DNA from: a bacterium
GTDB taxonomy: Bacteria > Omnitrophota > Gorgyraeia > Zapsychrales > Zapsychraceae
NCBI GenBank assembly: GCA_030429765.1
Contig: JAUIER010000002.1
Span: 130,239 to 194,238 of the forward strand
DNA length: 64,000 bases
Reading direction: 5' to 3'
Part shown: piece after piece, positions 63,866 through 64,000 of the stretch
How positions within the stretch are numbered: position 1 is the stretch's first letter
Layout of the letters: every line of letters starts with the position of its first letter
Notes under the pieces: generated by a model
What the model was told of the DNA's origin: nothing
What the model saw: the letters and a program-made list of their open reading frames with translations, nothing else
Databases searched by the model: none
Program-made: the position numbers and the translations under genes

Positions 63866-64000
63866 TTACCCTTTTCTATTCGCTTGCGATTCCGCAGGAC
63901 TTTTAATATTACTTTCTTGTCGGTTAACCCCTTTAATAATTTCACCTCGATTAACCCAAACTTTGATTCCAAGAATTCCGTAAGTTGTCAGCGCTTCCGC
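63866..64000 (-). CDS. rpsC: 30S ribosomal protein S3, C-terminal part (runs off the window end)
   Basis: Manual translation AEALTTYGILGIKVWVNRGE... Confidence 0.93.
   Translation of the reverse strand, partial: AEALTTYGILGIKVWVNRGEIIKGVNRQESNIKSPAESQANRKG

Overview
A 64 kb bacterial chromosome segment with almost all genes on the minus strand. It is most likely from the PVC superphylum, probably Omnitrophota: it carries the PVC 'small basic protein' and a giant gene of the kind reported in that phylum (inference, no search run). Most of the window is housekeeping: hisS (partial), HU/IHF, dnaE, guaA/guaB3, groESL with a CIRCE element, coaX, lemA, uvrB, aroB/aroQ, thiE, gmhA/rfaE2, pfk, accBC, efp, lipB, pilT and the S10-spc-alpha ribosomal cluster, which lacks infA and rpmD at their usual positions. 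The standout is a 3431-aa ORF (7827-18122, minus) with a consensus sigma70 promoter and a Sec-type signal peptide. Its normally cytoplasmic enzyme modules are a SAM methyltransferase-like unit, an archaeal type II GAPDH, and a complete PEP synthase followed by a degenerate partial copy. These modules are separated by a recurring D-x-A-M tetrapeptide and framed by non-enzymatic N- and C-terminal domains. This suggests an exported, possibly proteolytically processed metabolic polyprotein. No rRNA, tRNA, CRISPR array or mobile element was recognised.
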